This document shows, in pieces, positions 13,021-33,596 of a stretch of DNA of 64,000 nt (its first letter is position 1; each line of letters starts with the position of its first letter). Source of the DNA: the human T2T-CHM13v2.0 reference genome, Homo sapiens. The translations under genes and the position numbers were made by a program. The notes beneath the pieces are model-generated. The model did not search any database. It was given only the letters and a program-made list of their open reading frames with translations, and was not told the DNA's origin. The stretch lies in the NCBI RefSeq assembly GCF_009914755.1, contig NC_060933.1. One strand, written 5' to 3'.

Positions 13021-15239
13021 GTTCCTTTCCTCTTCACCTTCTGTATGTTCAAGTTCTCCTGTTTACAGCAAGTAAGAGTCATGCTCTTTTCTTACCAAAA
13101 ATAAACGTGTGCTTCCTCCTTCATTACAATACATACTGTATTGTGCCCATTGTATCTCTGCAGTCTCATTCCAGTTAGCTCCTCCATGGTGCCTTAATTC
13201 CAGGTGTGATCATCACAATAACTCCTTCAAGCCTGTCAATACATTTTTATGTTAATCATATTCTTTTCCATTGCTTTCTGGCAGCCCAGCTTCTAATTAT
13301 TTTGCCAATGCTCATGACATTTTTATCTAAAACATTTCTGCATTTCATATTCTCTTCCCATATGGTTTCTGGAACTGTCATTCCCCCCCACCCCCATCTC
13401 ATTTACCACACACCTTTACTCACCTTTACTCCTCACTCCCCACTTACATTCTCTTACTTTCTGGAAATTTCACATATTGGTATATTAATTCCACATCAGG
13501 TCACACATGTCTTTTAGAAACATCAAATTCCCGTCTGCCCATTCACTTTTCCTTTGTGAAGCTTTTAGGGTACGGTTCATAATAGGCCATTGGCAAATAT
13601 CTGCTGAATAAAAAATTAAGGAAATCTCCATTTATTCCAATCATCAATCTTTTTTGTTCCACCTATTTCAAATTCTTTGGCTTTTACCTTTTGAAAGCTG
13701 CTATTTCCTCACTCTGAGCAAGGAAGAATAAACTTGGGTCATATTCCCCTTTCTGTTCTACTCTTTCCATTAATAGTATAATACAAAAACAAATCTTCAA
13801 AGACACAAAGAGATATAAGATATTCAAAGATATAAGGCAGTGTCCTCATGTCTAACCCTCTTTTACTCAAAAAGCACTCTACTTTCAATTTTTCTTGTAT
13901 GTTCCATTGTTTGATAAGACACTTAGGCACAGTATCCACATGGACAAGTCATATTTAGTTATTGGTATTCAGTTATAGTTTTTGTAGCTGTATGCATGTG
14001 TGTGTATATATATAAATTAAATATTTGGTGAGTTGGTCTCATTTTCTCAAAAATCAATTTGTTTATATCTACCTTATTGCCACAAAGGTGGTGAGGCAGA
14101 CAGTCACTGTTAAAAATGGACACTGTTTCCATATGATTATTTTTTTTTTTTTGCTCAGTGTGATTGATCTCCTTTTTTGTGGCTAGGTTATGCCAAACTT
14201 AAAGTTTCACAGTTTACTACTTCTATATTAATATTCCTGCTAAAAATAGTCTAGCATCTCTGGTTTCTAGCATTTCACTCTCATTCCCTCTTTTCAAACA
14301 AAATGGCATGTTCACATATTGGATTCGTCATTTGTTTTTTTCCACAGAACTCTATTTTTAAACCGCCAGCAAGGAATTCCCCAGAGCTTTGATGAATCAG
14401 GTGTTGATTTAATTGTTGCAAGACATGAACCAGACAATTAAAACCATCTGAGTAATAGCCCTCCTTCACAACCATTTTACAGAGAAGGAAACCAAGGCCC
14501 AGAGACCTGATGCCAGCTGGCCAAATGACCAAGTGGGAACGGCAGAACTGGGAAGATGTTTCCATCCCCTGAATTTCAAGCCAATGTTTTTTCTCTTTGT
14601 TTTTATCTTGTTACCTCTTTGGAAACCCCTAAGCCTTAAGCCTTCTTTCAAATATTGAATGTCTGAAGGGAACTATTTCATTATTTCTAACCTCTTTTCA
14701 TTCTGCTTTCATGCATAATTTTTCTCTTTTTCTTTCCACCTCACATTGTATAAATAAAAATGTTGATATACCCATGACTCTTTCTCAGCACCACACTGCC
14801 CCAACACTGCTACTATGCACAACCTTCTTAATTAAGAGGAAATTCAAGTAAAATAAGAAAATTAAGAAGCTAAAAACATTTGCAAGCATAGAACTTCAAG
14901 TTTCAAGATGATGGACTGAACATATAGCATACTCCCTCTCCCTTTACAAATCAAAAGATTAAATGTTTTTTAAATAAACATAATATGCATGTATACGATG
15001 CTTGGAAACAAGAAAGGTCACTTCCAATAACCACAAAAATGTAGGAAATTTCTGAAATACATAAAGCTTCTGAGAAGCAACAGAGAAATTCTGCATACCC
15101 TTTACAATAGTTCATTAATTACTCCATGACTAAACCACAGCATATTCCTTTATATTATTTTGATAATATCATATATAATTATGTGATATAGTTTAGGAGC
15201 TAAGAAGAATGAGAAAAGGAGTAATATTTATATATTATT

Positions 15240-15412
15240 TTATTTAGTCCTAAAAGTAACCTTATAGATTTAGTGTTATTATCCCCACCTTGCAGATGAA
15301 GAAGTCGAGTTCCAGGGAAGTAACCTAAGACCTCCTTGCTAGTAAGTGACAGAATGAGGATGGGAACATGGGTATTTCTGGCTTTAAAGCCTGGGCAATT
15401 TCCACTACACCA
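15240..15412 (-). mobile_element. MIR SINE
   Basis: ttattatccccaccttgcagatgaagaag...aagtaacctaag. Confidence 0.7.
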
Positions 15413-16204
15413 AGATGTCTCCTCACACAGTGGAAGGGCAAACACTTATTGGACACTGCCATATGACAGGCATGGGACCAGATACAACATTATTAATGAC
15501 AGTGAATGGTACAGGTAGTTTGGTTTGCCTGAGGATTTTCAAGGAAGAATGTTAGTAAGGCAAAGATGGCTAATCCCATTTACAGGAAGAAACCCAAGGA
15601 ATGCAGAGGACAAATCAGTTGATTAGAGTAACGGAAATCACCAGCTCCATTCAAGAAGAGATAGTCATTCATCACCAGTTAATGGTCACCAGCCACAGTC
15701 TCACTCCTAGTCCCAACTTGGAGCTAGAGTAAACCTTTGTGTGATGTCCAGTCAGAGATTAGGATGGCAGTGCTGTGGGTCTGGAATTGATCAAGATCAA
15801 ATCCATGATCTTGTTCTCATTAGTGCATGCCCTAATACTCTTGAGTGGTCTCATACATAAGCCCCATTTCATTTTCTTGAACATATAAAATCATCACTGA
15901 GGGAATTATGACAACTCCCAGAAAAAAAAAGAAGACAGACACAAATGCCAGTGAGTCTTCCATCCTCTTGGAAATCTTAGCAACCTCCACAAAGTCTGGC
16001 GGTATGTGGTATCAGTAACTGGCTTGGAGCTCAGAAATCTCACAGATATGTCTTCAAGAGCTCCTGGGAGATTTTAATCAGGAGTTTTTGATTCCCACTG
16101 TGACTCATCCTGTGAGCTTGGTTTTATGCAGTAGTATCAGAATCTCATTTTAGGTACTCTCCTCAGGAAGAGAGCTCAACAACATGGAAAAAAGAAGGAA
16201 GAAA

Positions 16205-16390
16205 GGAACTAACATTTATGACGTGTCTACAATGTGCTCGACTCAGTGTTCAGTGTTCTAACTACGTTATCTCATTTAATCTGCACAAAAGTTTGATGAG
16301 CTAAGGCAGAGTACCTCATTTTGACAGGTGGTGAAACTGAAAATGTGTGAGGTTGAGAAACTTGCTCAAGTTCACACAGTTAGTAGGGTC
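16205..16390 (-). mobile_element. MIR SINE
   Basis: atctcatttaatc...cattttgacaggtggtgaaactga...cttgctcaagttcacacag. Confidence 0.75.
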
Positions 16391-17479
16391 ATGAAGGTTG
16401 GTAAGCTTCAACAATGAGTCTATTTGCCAAAGAAATGTATGCCTTTCTCATTAAATTACCTTGAATATAAAAGTGAATACCACTAAGTAATTTTTGTTAT
16501 TCTTCTGCTAATCTCTGACTGGAAATAATTTGATATAAAACATCATTTTGCCTTTTTGGGCAAAATTCTGTCTAAATACAGAAAATATTGCATCATTACC
16601 TAGTAAATTGCTTTCTTACACACCATAGTTTATCATCTGCAGATATTGTCAGGGCTTGATATTCGAGTCATTATGCTTATGGGATTTAATTTTTAATGAT
16701 GCAAAAATTATGCACAGTATACCATCATTTCTCTCCCAAAACCAGAATCTGATAGCTAATAATTGCTCCTTACTTCGTCTGCTAACGCTTCATGATATTA
16801 ATTAGAGTGTAACTGGAATCAGAAAAGTGACTCTCTGAAAATGGCCTTTATGGATTCTGTGCTCATTTTCTTCTAGTAACTTCAAGATTAAAATTGTTAG
16901 GTACACATCAACAATTTTTTCCCTGACAAACTCTCTACAAACAAGATATAAGGTCTAGGAAATCTGGCTGGTGACCTTTTCACTTCATGCAAGTGCAAAT
17001 AACTCCGTAGTTGTATTAGTTGCATAATGCTAGCTACTGTAACAGTAAGCCATCAAATTAATGGCTTATCACAATAGACAGAAGTAAACCTCTATTTATT
17101 CTCGTGTTAATCCCATGCAGGTGTTCCCAGCAATGGATAGCTTTCTTCCATATGGTAATTTACAGATCTAGGTTTCTTCAATTTATGGTACCGCAGGTCC
17201 CTATGGCCTTAGAATACTCTGCCTGCAGGAGTGTGTGTAGAATGTTCAAGAGAAACATACATATATAATTAATATATGTGCAAATAAATAAGAATATCTA
17301 TCTCACATGGGTTATTGTGAGGATTAAAGTCATATACATATATTTATCTTGCATCATAAATACATAAACATAATTTTAATCTTCATAAGAACCTTCTGAG
17401 TTACAGAATTTTATCATTTACATTTTACAACTGAAGAAACTGAGTTAATGTGGAGTACTTTAACTTGCCTAAAATCACT

Positions 17480-17751
17480 GCTTCAGTGTCCATGGCTGCT
17501 ATGGTAAATTACCACAAACTTGGTGATTGAAAACAACAGAAATTTATGCTGTCCCATTTCTGGAGGATGGAAAATCAGTATCACTGGACTGAAATCAAAG
17601 TGTCAGCAAGGCCATATTTCCTCCAGAAGCTCTCGGAGAGAATCCATTCCTTGCCTCTTACAGAATCTGGTGGCAGCCAGAGTTTTTTGGTTTGTGGCTG
17701 CATAACTCGAAATCTGCCCCATTCTTCACTTTGCCACCTTCTCTCTCTCCT

Positions 17752-17819
<68 letters not shown>

Positions 17820-18025
17820 TGCAAAATTTCCTTCCAACTCCCTCTTAAAAGGACATACATGATTACATTTACAGCCCGACCTAATAATCCACAATAACCT
17901 CCCCGATCTCAAGAACCCTAACTTAATCATGTTACAAAGATTGTTTTTTCATATAAGGTAACATTTACAGGTTCCAGGAATTAGGACATGAATATTCTCT
18001 GAGTATTCATTTTCCAGCCTACAGC
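17480..18025 (-). mobile_element. MLT1C-like MaLR solo LTR containing a microsatellite
   Basis: ggctgct...aaattaccacaaacttgg...aacaacagaaattta...acaggttccaggaattaggacatg. Confidence 0.82.
17752..17818. repeat. Compound (CT)n(GT)n microsatellite
   Basis: Directly visible dinucleotide runs. Confidence 0.97.
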
Positions 18026-18258
18026 AATCACCCAGCTGCCACATGGCAGGTCTGGGAATTGAAGCCAAGAAGCATGCTCCATAATCCAGAATCTTATCCA
18101 TTTTCCTAAACAGTTTCCTTCAGCCATACACCAATTCAGCTATCATAAAGCAGAAGTCATGTAACTATTTCCACAAAAAGAAATTAATGACAAAATAGAA
18201 ATGCAGGCCTTTACCTCCTCCGCATATCCTGCCATCTCTCCACCTGTCTGGGCCTTAT

Positions 18259-24684
<6,426 letters not shown>

Positions 24685-26083
24685 AATATTAAAATATTAT
24701 TCAATCTATAACATTAAAGTATTAGGATTATAATGTAAGGTTCCATGACATAAGCCTAAAGTAAGAAGCAAACCTTTTTGTCCTCTTTTGTCCCTAAATA
24801 GAGAAGTGAAATGACTAGTAGGTGAAAAACAGATGTAGAAAAACAGCAAAAGAAGAACAAAACAGAAACTATATAATCTCAACTTGATAATAGAAAATTT
24901 ATTTTAGTCATTAGATTCTCCAAGGTCAACACAAAAGAAAAAATATTGAAGGCAGCTAGAGAGGAGGGCCAGGTCACCTACAAAGGGAAGCCTGTCAGGC
25001 TAACAGTGAACCTTTCAGCAGGAACCTCATAAGCCAGAAGAAATCAGGGGCCCATATTCAACATCCTTAAAAAAAATTCAAACCAAGAATTTCATATCCA
25101 GCCAAACTAAGCTTCATAAGCAAAAGAGAAATAAAATCCTTTTCAGACAAGAAAATTCTAAAAGAATTTGTTACCACCAGACCTGCCTTACAAGAAGTCC
25201 TTAAGAGAGTGCTAAACACAGAAACAAAAGACTAACCCCTGCTGCCACAAAAACACACTTAAGTAAATAGCTCACTGACACTATAAAGCAACTATACAAT
25301 CAAGACTACAGAAGAACTAGCTAACAACACAATGACAACATCAAATCTGCACATATCAATATTAACCTTGAACATAAATGGGCTAAATGCCCCTACTTAA
25401 AAGGCACAGAGTAGCAAGTTGGATAAAGAAACAAGACCCACTGTGTGCTGTCCTCAAGAGACCATGTCACATGCAATGACACCCATAGGCTCAAAGTAAA
25501 GAGACAGAAAAAGATCTATCAAGCATATGGCAAACAAAAAAGAGCAGGGGTTGCTATTCTTATTTCAGAAAAAAGAGACTTTAAACCAACAATAACCAAA
25601 AAGAAAAAAACAAAGAAGGACATTCATTACATAATGATAAAGGGTTAGATTCAACAAGAAGACTTAACTATCCTAATATTTTTGCATCCAACACTGGGGC
25701 ACCCAGATTCATAAAACAAGTTTTTAGAGACCTATGAGTTTGTAGATAATTACACAATAATAGTGAGAGACTTTGATACCCCATTGACAGTGTTAGACAG
25801 ATCATAAAGGCAGAAAACTAACAAAGATATTCAGAATCTAAACTTGATACCTGACCAAATGGACCTAACAGACATCTATGGAATATCCCACCCAACAACA
25901 CTAGGCTACACATTCTTTTTATCTGTACATGGCACACAATCTGAGATCAACCACATGCTCAGCCATAAAGTAATTCTCAGCTAATTTAAAAAGAATGAAA
26001 TCATACCAACCACACTCTCAGACCACAGCACAATAAGAATAAAAATCAATACCAAGAAGATCTCTCAAAACCATATGATTAGT

Positions 26084-26390
26084 AGCCATTTGTGGTGGCT
26101 CATGCCTGTAATCCCAGCACTTGGAAAGGCCAAGGAGGGAGGATCACTTGAACCCAGGAGTTTGACACCAGCCTGACAACATGGTGAAATCTCATCTCTA
26201 CAAAAAAATACAAAAATTAACTGGGCTTGGTGGCACATGCCTGTGGTTCCAGCTACTCCGGAATTTGAGGCAGGAGGACCATCTGAGCCTGGGGAGGTTG
26301 AGGCTGCAGTGAGCTACGATCAAGCCGTTGCACTCCAGCCTTGGTAACAGAGTGAGACTCTGTCTCAAAAGAAAAGAAAAGAAAAGAAAA
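26084..26390 (+). mobile_element. AluJ inside L1
   Basis: Dimeric Alu with ggaggatcacttgaacccaggagttt and gaggttgaggctgcagtgagc; (gaaaa)n tail. Confidence 0.9.
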
Positions 26391-29330
26391 TCTATATACA
26401 ATTACATGGACATTAAACAGATTCCTCCTGAATGGCTTTTTGGTAAATAACAAAATTAAGGCAGAAATCAAGAAATTCTTTGAAACTAAGGAAAACAAAG
26501 ATACAACATACTAGAGTTTCTGGGACATAGTTGAAGCAGGGTTAAGAGGAAAGTTTATATCACCAAATGCCTACATCAAAGGAGTAGAAATATCTTAAAT
26601 TAACAACCTAACATCACACCTAGAGGAACTAGATAAACAAGAACAAACTAGCTCCAAAGCTAGCAGAATAAAGTTAATAACCAAAATCAGAGCTGAAGTG
26701 AACGAAATTGAGGCATGAAAAGCCATACAAAAATCAGTGAAGCTAAAACTTGTTTTTTTTTTTTTTTTTTTTCAAGAATACATAATATTGATAAACCACT
26801 AGCTAGGCTAAAAGAAAAAAAGAGAGAAAGCCAAATAAACACAACCAGAAATGTCAAAGGGGACATTACTACCAACCCCACAGAAATACAAAAAAGTTTC
26901 AGAGACTATTATGAACACCTCTATGCACACAAATTAGAAAACCTAGAAGAAATGGATAAATTCATCACAACAAACAACCTCCCAAGATTGAACCAGGAAG
27001 AAATTGAATATCTGAACAGGCCAATAAGTCCCCAGATCCAATCAGTAATAAAAAACTTACCAACCAGAAATAACCCTAGACCAGATGGATTCACAGTCAA
27101 ATTCTACCAGACATATAAAAAAGAGCTGGTACTAATCCTATCAAAATCATCATAAAAAATCAAAGAGGAAGGACTCACCTCTAACTCATTCTATGAGGAC
27201 AGTATATTTCTGATACCAAAACCTGGCAGAGGCAAAATTTAAAAAAAAAAATTTTTTTTTAATTTAAAAATTAAAAAAAATTCAGGCCAATATCAGCAAT
27301 GAACATAGATGCAGAAGTCTGCAACAAAATACTAGCAAACCAAATCCAACAGCACATCAAAAAGATAATCCCCGACAATCTAGTAGGTTTTATTTCTGGG
27401 ATGCAAGATGGGTTCAACATATGCAAATCAATAAATGTGATTTATAACATAAACAGAACTAAAAACAAAAACCATTTGATCATCTTAATACACACAGAAA
27501 AGGCTTTTGATGAAATTCAACATCCCTTCATGTTAAAAACCCTCAACAAACTAGCCATCAAAAAAGCGTACATCAAAATAATAAGAGCCATCTATGGCAA
27601 ACCCACAGCCAACATCATACTAAATGGTCAAAAGCTAGAAGTATTTTCCTTGAGAACTGGAATAAGACAAGGATGCCCACTCTCACCATTCCTATACAGC
27701 ATAGTACTAGAAGTGTTAACCAAAGCAATCAGGGAAGAAAAAGAAATAAAAGGCATCCAAATAGAAGGAGAGGAAGTCAGACTATCTCTCTTAGCAAACA
27801 ATATGACTCTGTAACCCCTCAGTCTCTGTCCAAAGGCTCCTATAACTGATAGACAACTTTAATAACGTTTTGGGATATAAAATCAATGTATAAAAATCAG
27901 TAGCATTTCTATAAACCAAAACATCCAAGCTGAGAACCAAATCAGTAACACAATCCCATTCATAATGGCCACTAAAAGAATAAAATACCTAAGAATACAG
28001 CTAACCAGGAAGGTGAAAGATCTCTTCAACAAGAATTATAAAACGTTGCTCAAAGAAGTCAGAAATTACACACAAACAAATGGAAAAATATTTCCTACTC
28101 GTGGATAGGAGAATTAGTATTGTTAAAATGGCCATACTGCCCAAAGCAGTTTACAAATTCAGTGCTATACCTATCAAACTACCAAGGTCATTTTTCATAG
28201 ACTTAGAAAAAACTACTCTAAAATTGATACGAAGCAAAAAAAAAAACCAAATAGCCAAAGCAATCATAAGCAAAAAAAAAAAAAGAACAAAGCTGGAGGC
28301 ATCACACTATCCAACCTCAAACTGTGATACAAGGCTGCAGTAATCAAAACGGTATTGTACTGATACAAAGACAGACATACAAGCCAATGGAACAGAATAG
28401 AAAGCCCAGAAGTAAGGCTGCACACCTACAACCATCTGATCTTCAACAAAGCTGACAAAAACAAGCAGTAGGGAAAGGATTCCCTATTCAATAAGTGGTG
28501 CAGGGATAAATGACCAGCCATATGCAAAAGAAAGAAACTGGACCCCTTCCCTTCACCATATACAAAAATCAACTCGAGATGGATTAAAGACTTACATGTA
28601 AAACCTAAAATTGAAAAAGGAAAGGACAGATAGGAGAGGAAAGGAGAGGAGAGGCGAGGCAAGGCAGACCGACCCTGGAAGAAAACCTAGGAAATGCCAT
28701 TCTGGACATATGCCTTGGCAAATATTTCATGATGAAGACTCCAAAAGCAATTGTAACAAAAACAAAATTGACAAATAGGAACTAATTAACCTGAAGAGCT
28801 TCTGCACAACAAAAGAAACTATCAAAAGAGCAAACAGACACCCTACAGAAGGGGAGAAAATATTTTCAAACTGTGCATCCAACAAATGTCTAATATCCAG
28901 AATATATAAAGAAATTAAACAAATCAACAAGTAAAAAACAAACAACCTTATTAAAAATGCGCAAACAACATGAATAGACACTTTTCAAAAGAAGACATAC
29001 ATATAGCCAACAAGCATATGAAAAAATCCCCAACATCACCAATCATTAGAGAAATGCAAATCAAAACCACAATGAGATACATCTCACACCAGTGAAAATA
29101 GCTATTATTAAAAAGTCAAAAAATAACAGATGTTGGTGAAGTTGCAGAGAAAAGGGAATGCTTATACACTGCTGGTGGGAATATAAATTAGTTCAGCCCC
29201 TGTGAAAGTAGTTTGGAGATTTCTCAAAGAATTTAAAACAGAACTATTATTAAACCCAGCAATACCAATACATACTGGGTATGTACCCAAAATAATAGTC
29301 TATTCATTCTACCATAAAGACAAATGCATG

Positions 29331-29566
29331 ATACCAGCCTGGGCAACTAGGTAAAACCCAGTCTCTGTTAAAAAAAATAATAATAATTAATAAAATAAAA
29401 AATTACCTGGGCACAGTGGCATGTGCCTGTAGTTCCTCTGGGAGGCAGAGGTGGGAGGATCACTTGAGTCCAGAATGTCAAGGCTGTAGTGAGCTAAGAT
29501 CACACCACTGCCCTCCAGCCTGGTAACAAAGTGAAACCCTGTCTCAAAAAAGACAAAACAAAAGAA
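29331..29566 (+). mobile_element. 5'-truncated AluJ inside L1
   Basis: Starts mid left arm. Degenerate TSD aaagacaaatgcatg / aaagacacatacatg. Confidence 0.88.
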
Positions 29567-31696
29567 AAAGACACATACATGTGTATGTTTACTGCAGCAC
29601 TTTTCACAATAGCAAGGGCACGGAATCAACCTAGATGCCCATCAATGGTGGATAGAATAAAGAAAATATGGTACATATGCATCATGGAATACTATGCCGC
29701 TATAAAAAAGGAACAAAATCATGTCTTTCACAGCAACATGGATGTAGTTGGAGGCCATTGTCCTAAGTGAAATAATGCAGGAACAGAAAACCAAATACCA
29801 CATATTCTCACTTATAAGTGGGAGCTAAACATTTGAGTACGCATGAATACAAACAGGGGAACAATAGACACTGGAACCTACTTGAGTGTAGAGGATGGGA
29901 AGAGGATGAAGATCAAAAAGCTCCCTGCTGGGTCCCTAGGCTCACTACCTGGGTGATGAAAACAATTATACCAAACCTCAGCCACATGCAGTTTACCCAT
30001 GTAACAAACCTGCACATATACCCTCCAACCTAAAATAAAAGTTGGAAGAAAAATAAAGAATATTTATTTTACTTAAATTATACCATCTTGAAAAGGAATC
30101 ATCACTATGGTGAGAGCTAGAAAAAATAAAGAACAAAGTCTCTGCTCTGTCAAGTTACCCCAGAGGAAAAATTACAGGTGATCTGCGGTTTCATCAAGCA
30201 TGTGTCTATATGTGTGTGTCTGTGCATGCTTCCAACCATGCCCCGGGTCCTGTGCTTAAAAGCCACCACTCTGTCATCTTCCTCCAGCCACAGAGCTTTG
30301 CCTGGGGTGAGAAGTTTGTGTGGCAATAGGACATGTCAACCCAGAACCCTTATTCTCCTCTACTAACCAACCTCTGTGTTCCAGGGACCCTAAAATCCTT
30401 TCCCCATATTGCCTTCAAATTGCTTCTAGGCCCCGTATGATTTTCTTTCCCAGGTCTGTCCTCCAGAGTACAAACTACACCACCAGAGTACACAGCCCTA
30501 GTCCTGAGATGGAGAGACAGAGGATAATTATTTGTGTAGCCTAAATATATAGCCCACACAACATCTGGGCCTCTATTTGTATCCTTGTCCTGTATCTCAC
30601 AAATATTTGGGAAGGACTGCCAGACCAGAGAAATGGACAAGAGAAGAGGGGAAATTTTCTTCTCCCATAGCTCATAGTCACTTTTTTTCTGTTTATAAGT
30701 CTTCAAAGAATAACATAAATTCCTTAAATGTCCCCATCAAATGAGTGATTTCCCAAAGGTGAAAATGATCATTTGCTGGCACATTTCAGTATTTCCTTAG
30801 TAAACATTAAATTACCCACAGAACACAGTGACAGGTCTTGAGGAACCACACTGAAGAGCTCCCAGACCCCTTTTGTAGCCATATATTCCATTGCATTCGA
30901 TTCCAGGACCATGGTGTGCTGGTCATGTCAGCAGCTGCTTAGGCAATAAACAGTCATTTTAGCCATATCATCTCTGTGTCACTGATGTCCAGGGAAATAA
31001 GGTAATGAAACCACTACTCTGAAATCATGTTTCCTGGAAGTTCATTTCAATGGGTACATTTTGGAGTAATTTTGAAAGGAAACTTGGAGATGAGAAAGTT
31101 TTCAAATCAGATATATTTAGAGTTGAAATTTAGCTCTGAGATGTGAGAACCTTCCTCATGTACACAAACCCCTGGGAACCTCAGGCTCCTCACCTGTAAG
31201 AAAACACAACCTATTTTATCAGGCTATTATATGGGTCAATAATAAAATATGTAGCCTATGTACAAGAGTCTCTGGCACTTACCAGAGGCACAATAAATGT
31301 TCATTCTCACATTTCCCTTTTTTCTCCACTGAGGCTGTCTTTGTTATCTGGATTCTCTACCTTTGACAAACTGACTTTAATTAATACTGCAACTAGTATT
31401 TGGTTCCTGAATATTTCTGTCCTCTGACCTATTTTGGATTCCATTACTTTTTTTTAATTCCCTCTCTGCGCTTCATATCCCCTTTCCCACAAACAGTCAG
31501 CAAAGCAAAGGAGGAAGAATAAAGAATGGGAGGAAGGGTCACTCCCCTTCTTCGCTGCCACTTCCAAACTGCCCTTGAGAGTTCCTGACGAACTCTCAGA
31601 TCAACACCACTGTCCACCCACCCTGAATTCAGTTCATGCTTGCAAATTCACATATAACAGGAGCTCTGTAAATGTTATTATTCCTGAGCCAAGAAA

Positions 31697-31710
31697 ATTT
31701 GCATAACAAT
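31697..31710 (+). promoter_or_regulatory. OCT-SOX composite motif
   Basis: ATTTGCATAACAAT: octamer directly abutting a SOX site, in unique sequence. Confidence 0.55.
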
Positions 31711-33201
31711 TACAGCTACCAGGAGACATGTGACTGCAACATGCACCATTTGCAAATCTTTGCAATGGAGAATCACTTTTGCAGTTGATGGAAAGAAGGT
31801 GGGGGAGTTGGTCATTTACCATAATGACTTTTTCATGATAAGCAGCCAGCATCTATGATTATTTTCAAAGGCAGTGAATAGGTTCAAAGTCCTACATTAT
31901 TGGGCTTTAATTAGGAGTCTAGTTTGCATACATTTTAAATGTTAATCACTGTTCAGTGAGCCAGTGAACTCAGATAGGTCACCCACAACCTACTCTTTCC
32001 AGAAAAAAAAAATACCTTCTTTTTCTTCTTGTTGAGATGTAAAGTACTGTGGGGCAGTGGCACAAGATCCTGTTTCTCAAAAGAAAATGGCAAAGGACAG
32101 ACAGTTCAGAATGATTACTCAAAATTTTGAGATTTGCAAAATTTGCTACATTTAGCTGAATTCTTATAACAACCCTCCCTACTCCAAAAATGTGGCAGAA
32201 TACATATTGCCAATAAATTTCATGCATGTTGAAGACTATTTGGGAGCCTCTGTACATATTCTGAAGCACAGTGGCAAATACAGAAGCAGAGTGGAATATT
32301 TTCAGCCTAAAATTTAGTCTGAACTTGAGCAGGTCATTTCAATAGGGAACGTTAACCTGGTCCATTGTCCAATTTTGCCACCTGGCAAAATGAGAAAACC
32401 AAAGACTAATGCAACAACTGTATTTTGTTGAGTAAAATTGCCCATTATTATAAAACTGTGTCCTTCCTACTTTACTGATATTAAAGTGTCCTTTATTTTA
32501 TAAAATAGGTTCTTAGTAGATGGTAGCCACAATGTATTGTTTATTTTTAAATAAGTCCTTGCTTAATAAAATTGAAAAGTTGGTGAAATTTAATCCTTGC
32601 TTAGTAAAATTGAAAAATCCCTGATAGATGGGTAAAATTCCTAAATTTGGAAAATACTGAAATTAGTACATCTCTAGTCCTGCTGTTCATCAGGCAAGAA
32701 GTCATGCTGCACAGGTCTGCTAAAAACCAGCACCCTGGCTTTGACCTTGCTGTTTTATGAGCTTTCATTTCTGTCCAAGACAATGTTTAAAAGTCAGTAT
32801 TTCTCCATTTCCTGACTCTCCTTTTGATGAGAAAGGACAAACACTTGGAAAAGAAAAAAAAAAATCATGCAAGGTGCTTGAAGACAGAAATTATTTCCTC
32901 AAAGTGTTTTAATCATGCTGTTGAAAACCACTTCCTCCATTGGCCTAATCACATAAATCATAGTAAAAGGTTAAAGACAAAGTTCAATTGTACCAAATTG
33001 CCTGTGATGGTTTCTCAGAAATGGATTACTTTCAATTAAAAGGTGAAGTCATTCTGCTACCCATTGGTATGCCTAGGTGGACTCTGGATTGTAACTTTAT
33101 ATTTCCTATCCAGATAATGTGCATAGATGTTTGGAGGGCAACAAGTTTAATTTCTATCAACATTTGACTCAAACCTAAATGCTGAATGCAACTTTCATGA
33201 A

Positions 33202-33237
33202 GTGTAATTACATATTATTAGCACCAGGGGGCAGTAG
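33202..33237 (+). promoter_or_regulatory. CTCF site with putative upstream module
   Basis: GTGTAATTAC-N6-TTAGCACCAGGGGGCAGTA. Confidence 0.7.
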
Positions 33238-33596
33238 CCAGATTCTGTAAAAGGAAAATGATGCTAATACGATATTCAGTTATTTTCTCCTTGATAAACT
33301 ATTAATACCACCTGAAACAGACTTCCTTTTTATTATTCAGAGTTTGTAGATACTAAGCATTGTGAATAGAGAAATTCATCAGAAATATGATTCATGTATT
33401 TTATAAATATATTACATTAGCAGATGTATTGCAGTGATTCTTAAATTCTAACTTCAGAACAGTGATGAAATAGAAAGACAAATAGAAATTCCAGCCTTGG
33501 GAGTCAGGAGACCAAAGACCTATTTTTCCTATGGTGCAGCAGCCTAGATGAGTTTCCTGATTCCCCCGAGCCTCACTCTCTTCATCTCTAAAATCA

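Larger units (their letters stand above)
24907..30056 (+). mobile_element. 5'-truncated LINE-1, L1PA15/16-like, interrupted by two Alus
   Basis: Starts within ORF1; ORF2 fragments ([20 protein letters not shown]); old-primate 3'UTR. TSD agaaaatttatttta (24892-24906) / agaatatttatttta (30057-30071). Confidence 0.93.
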
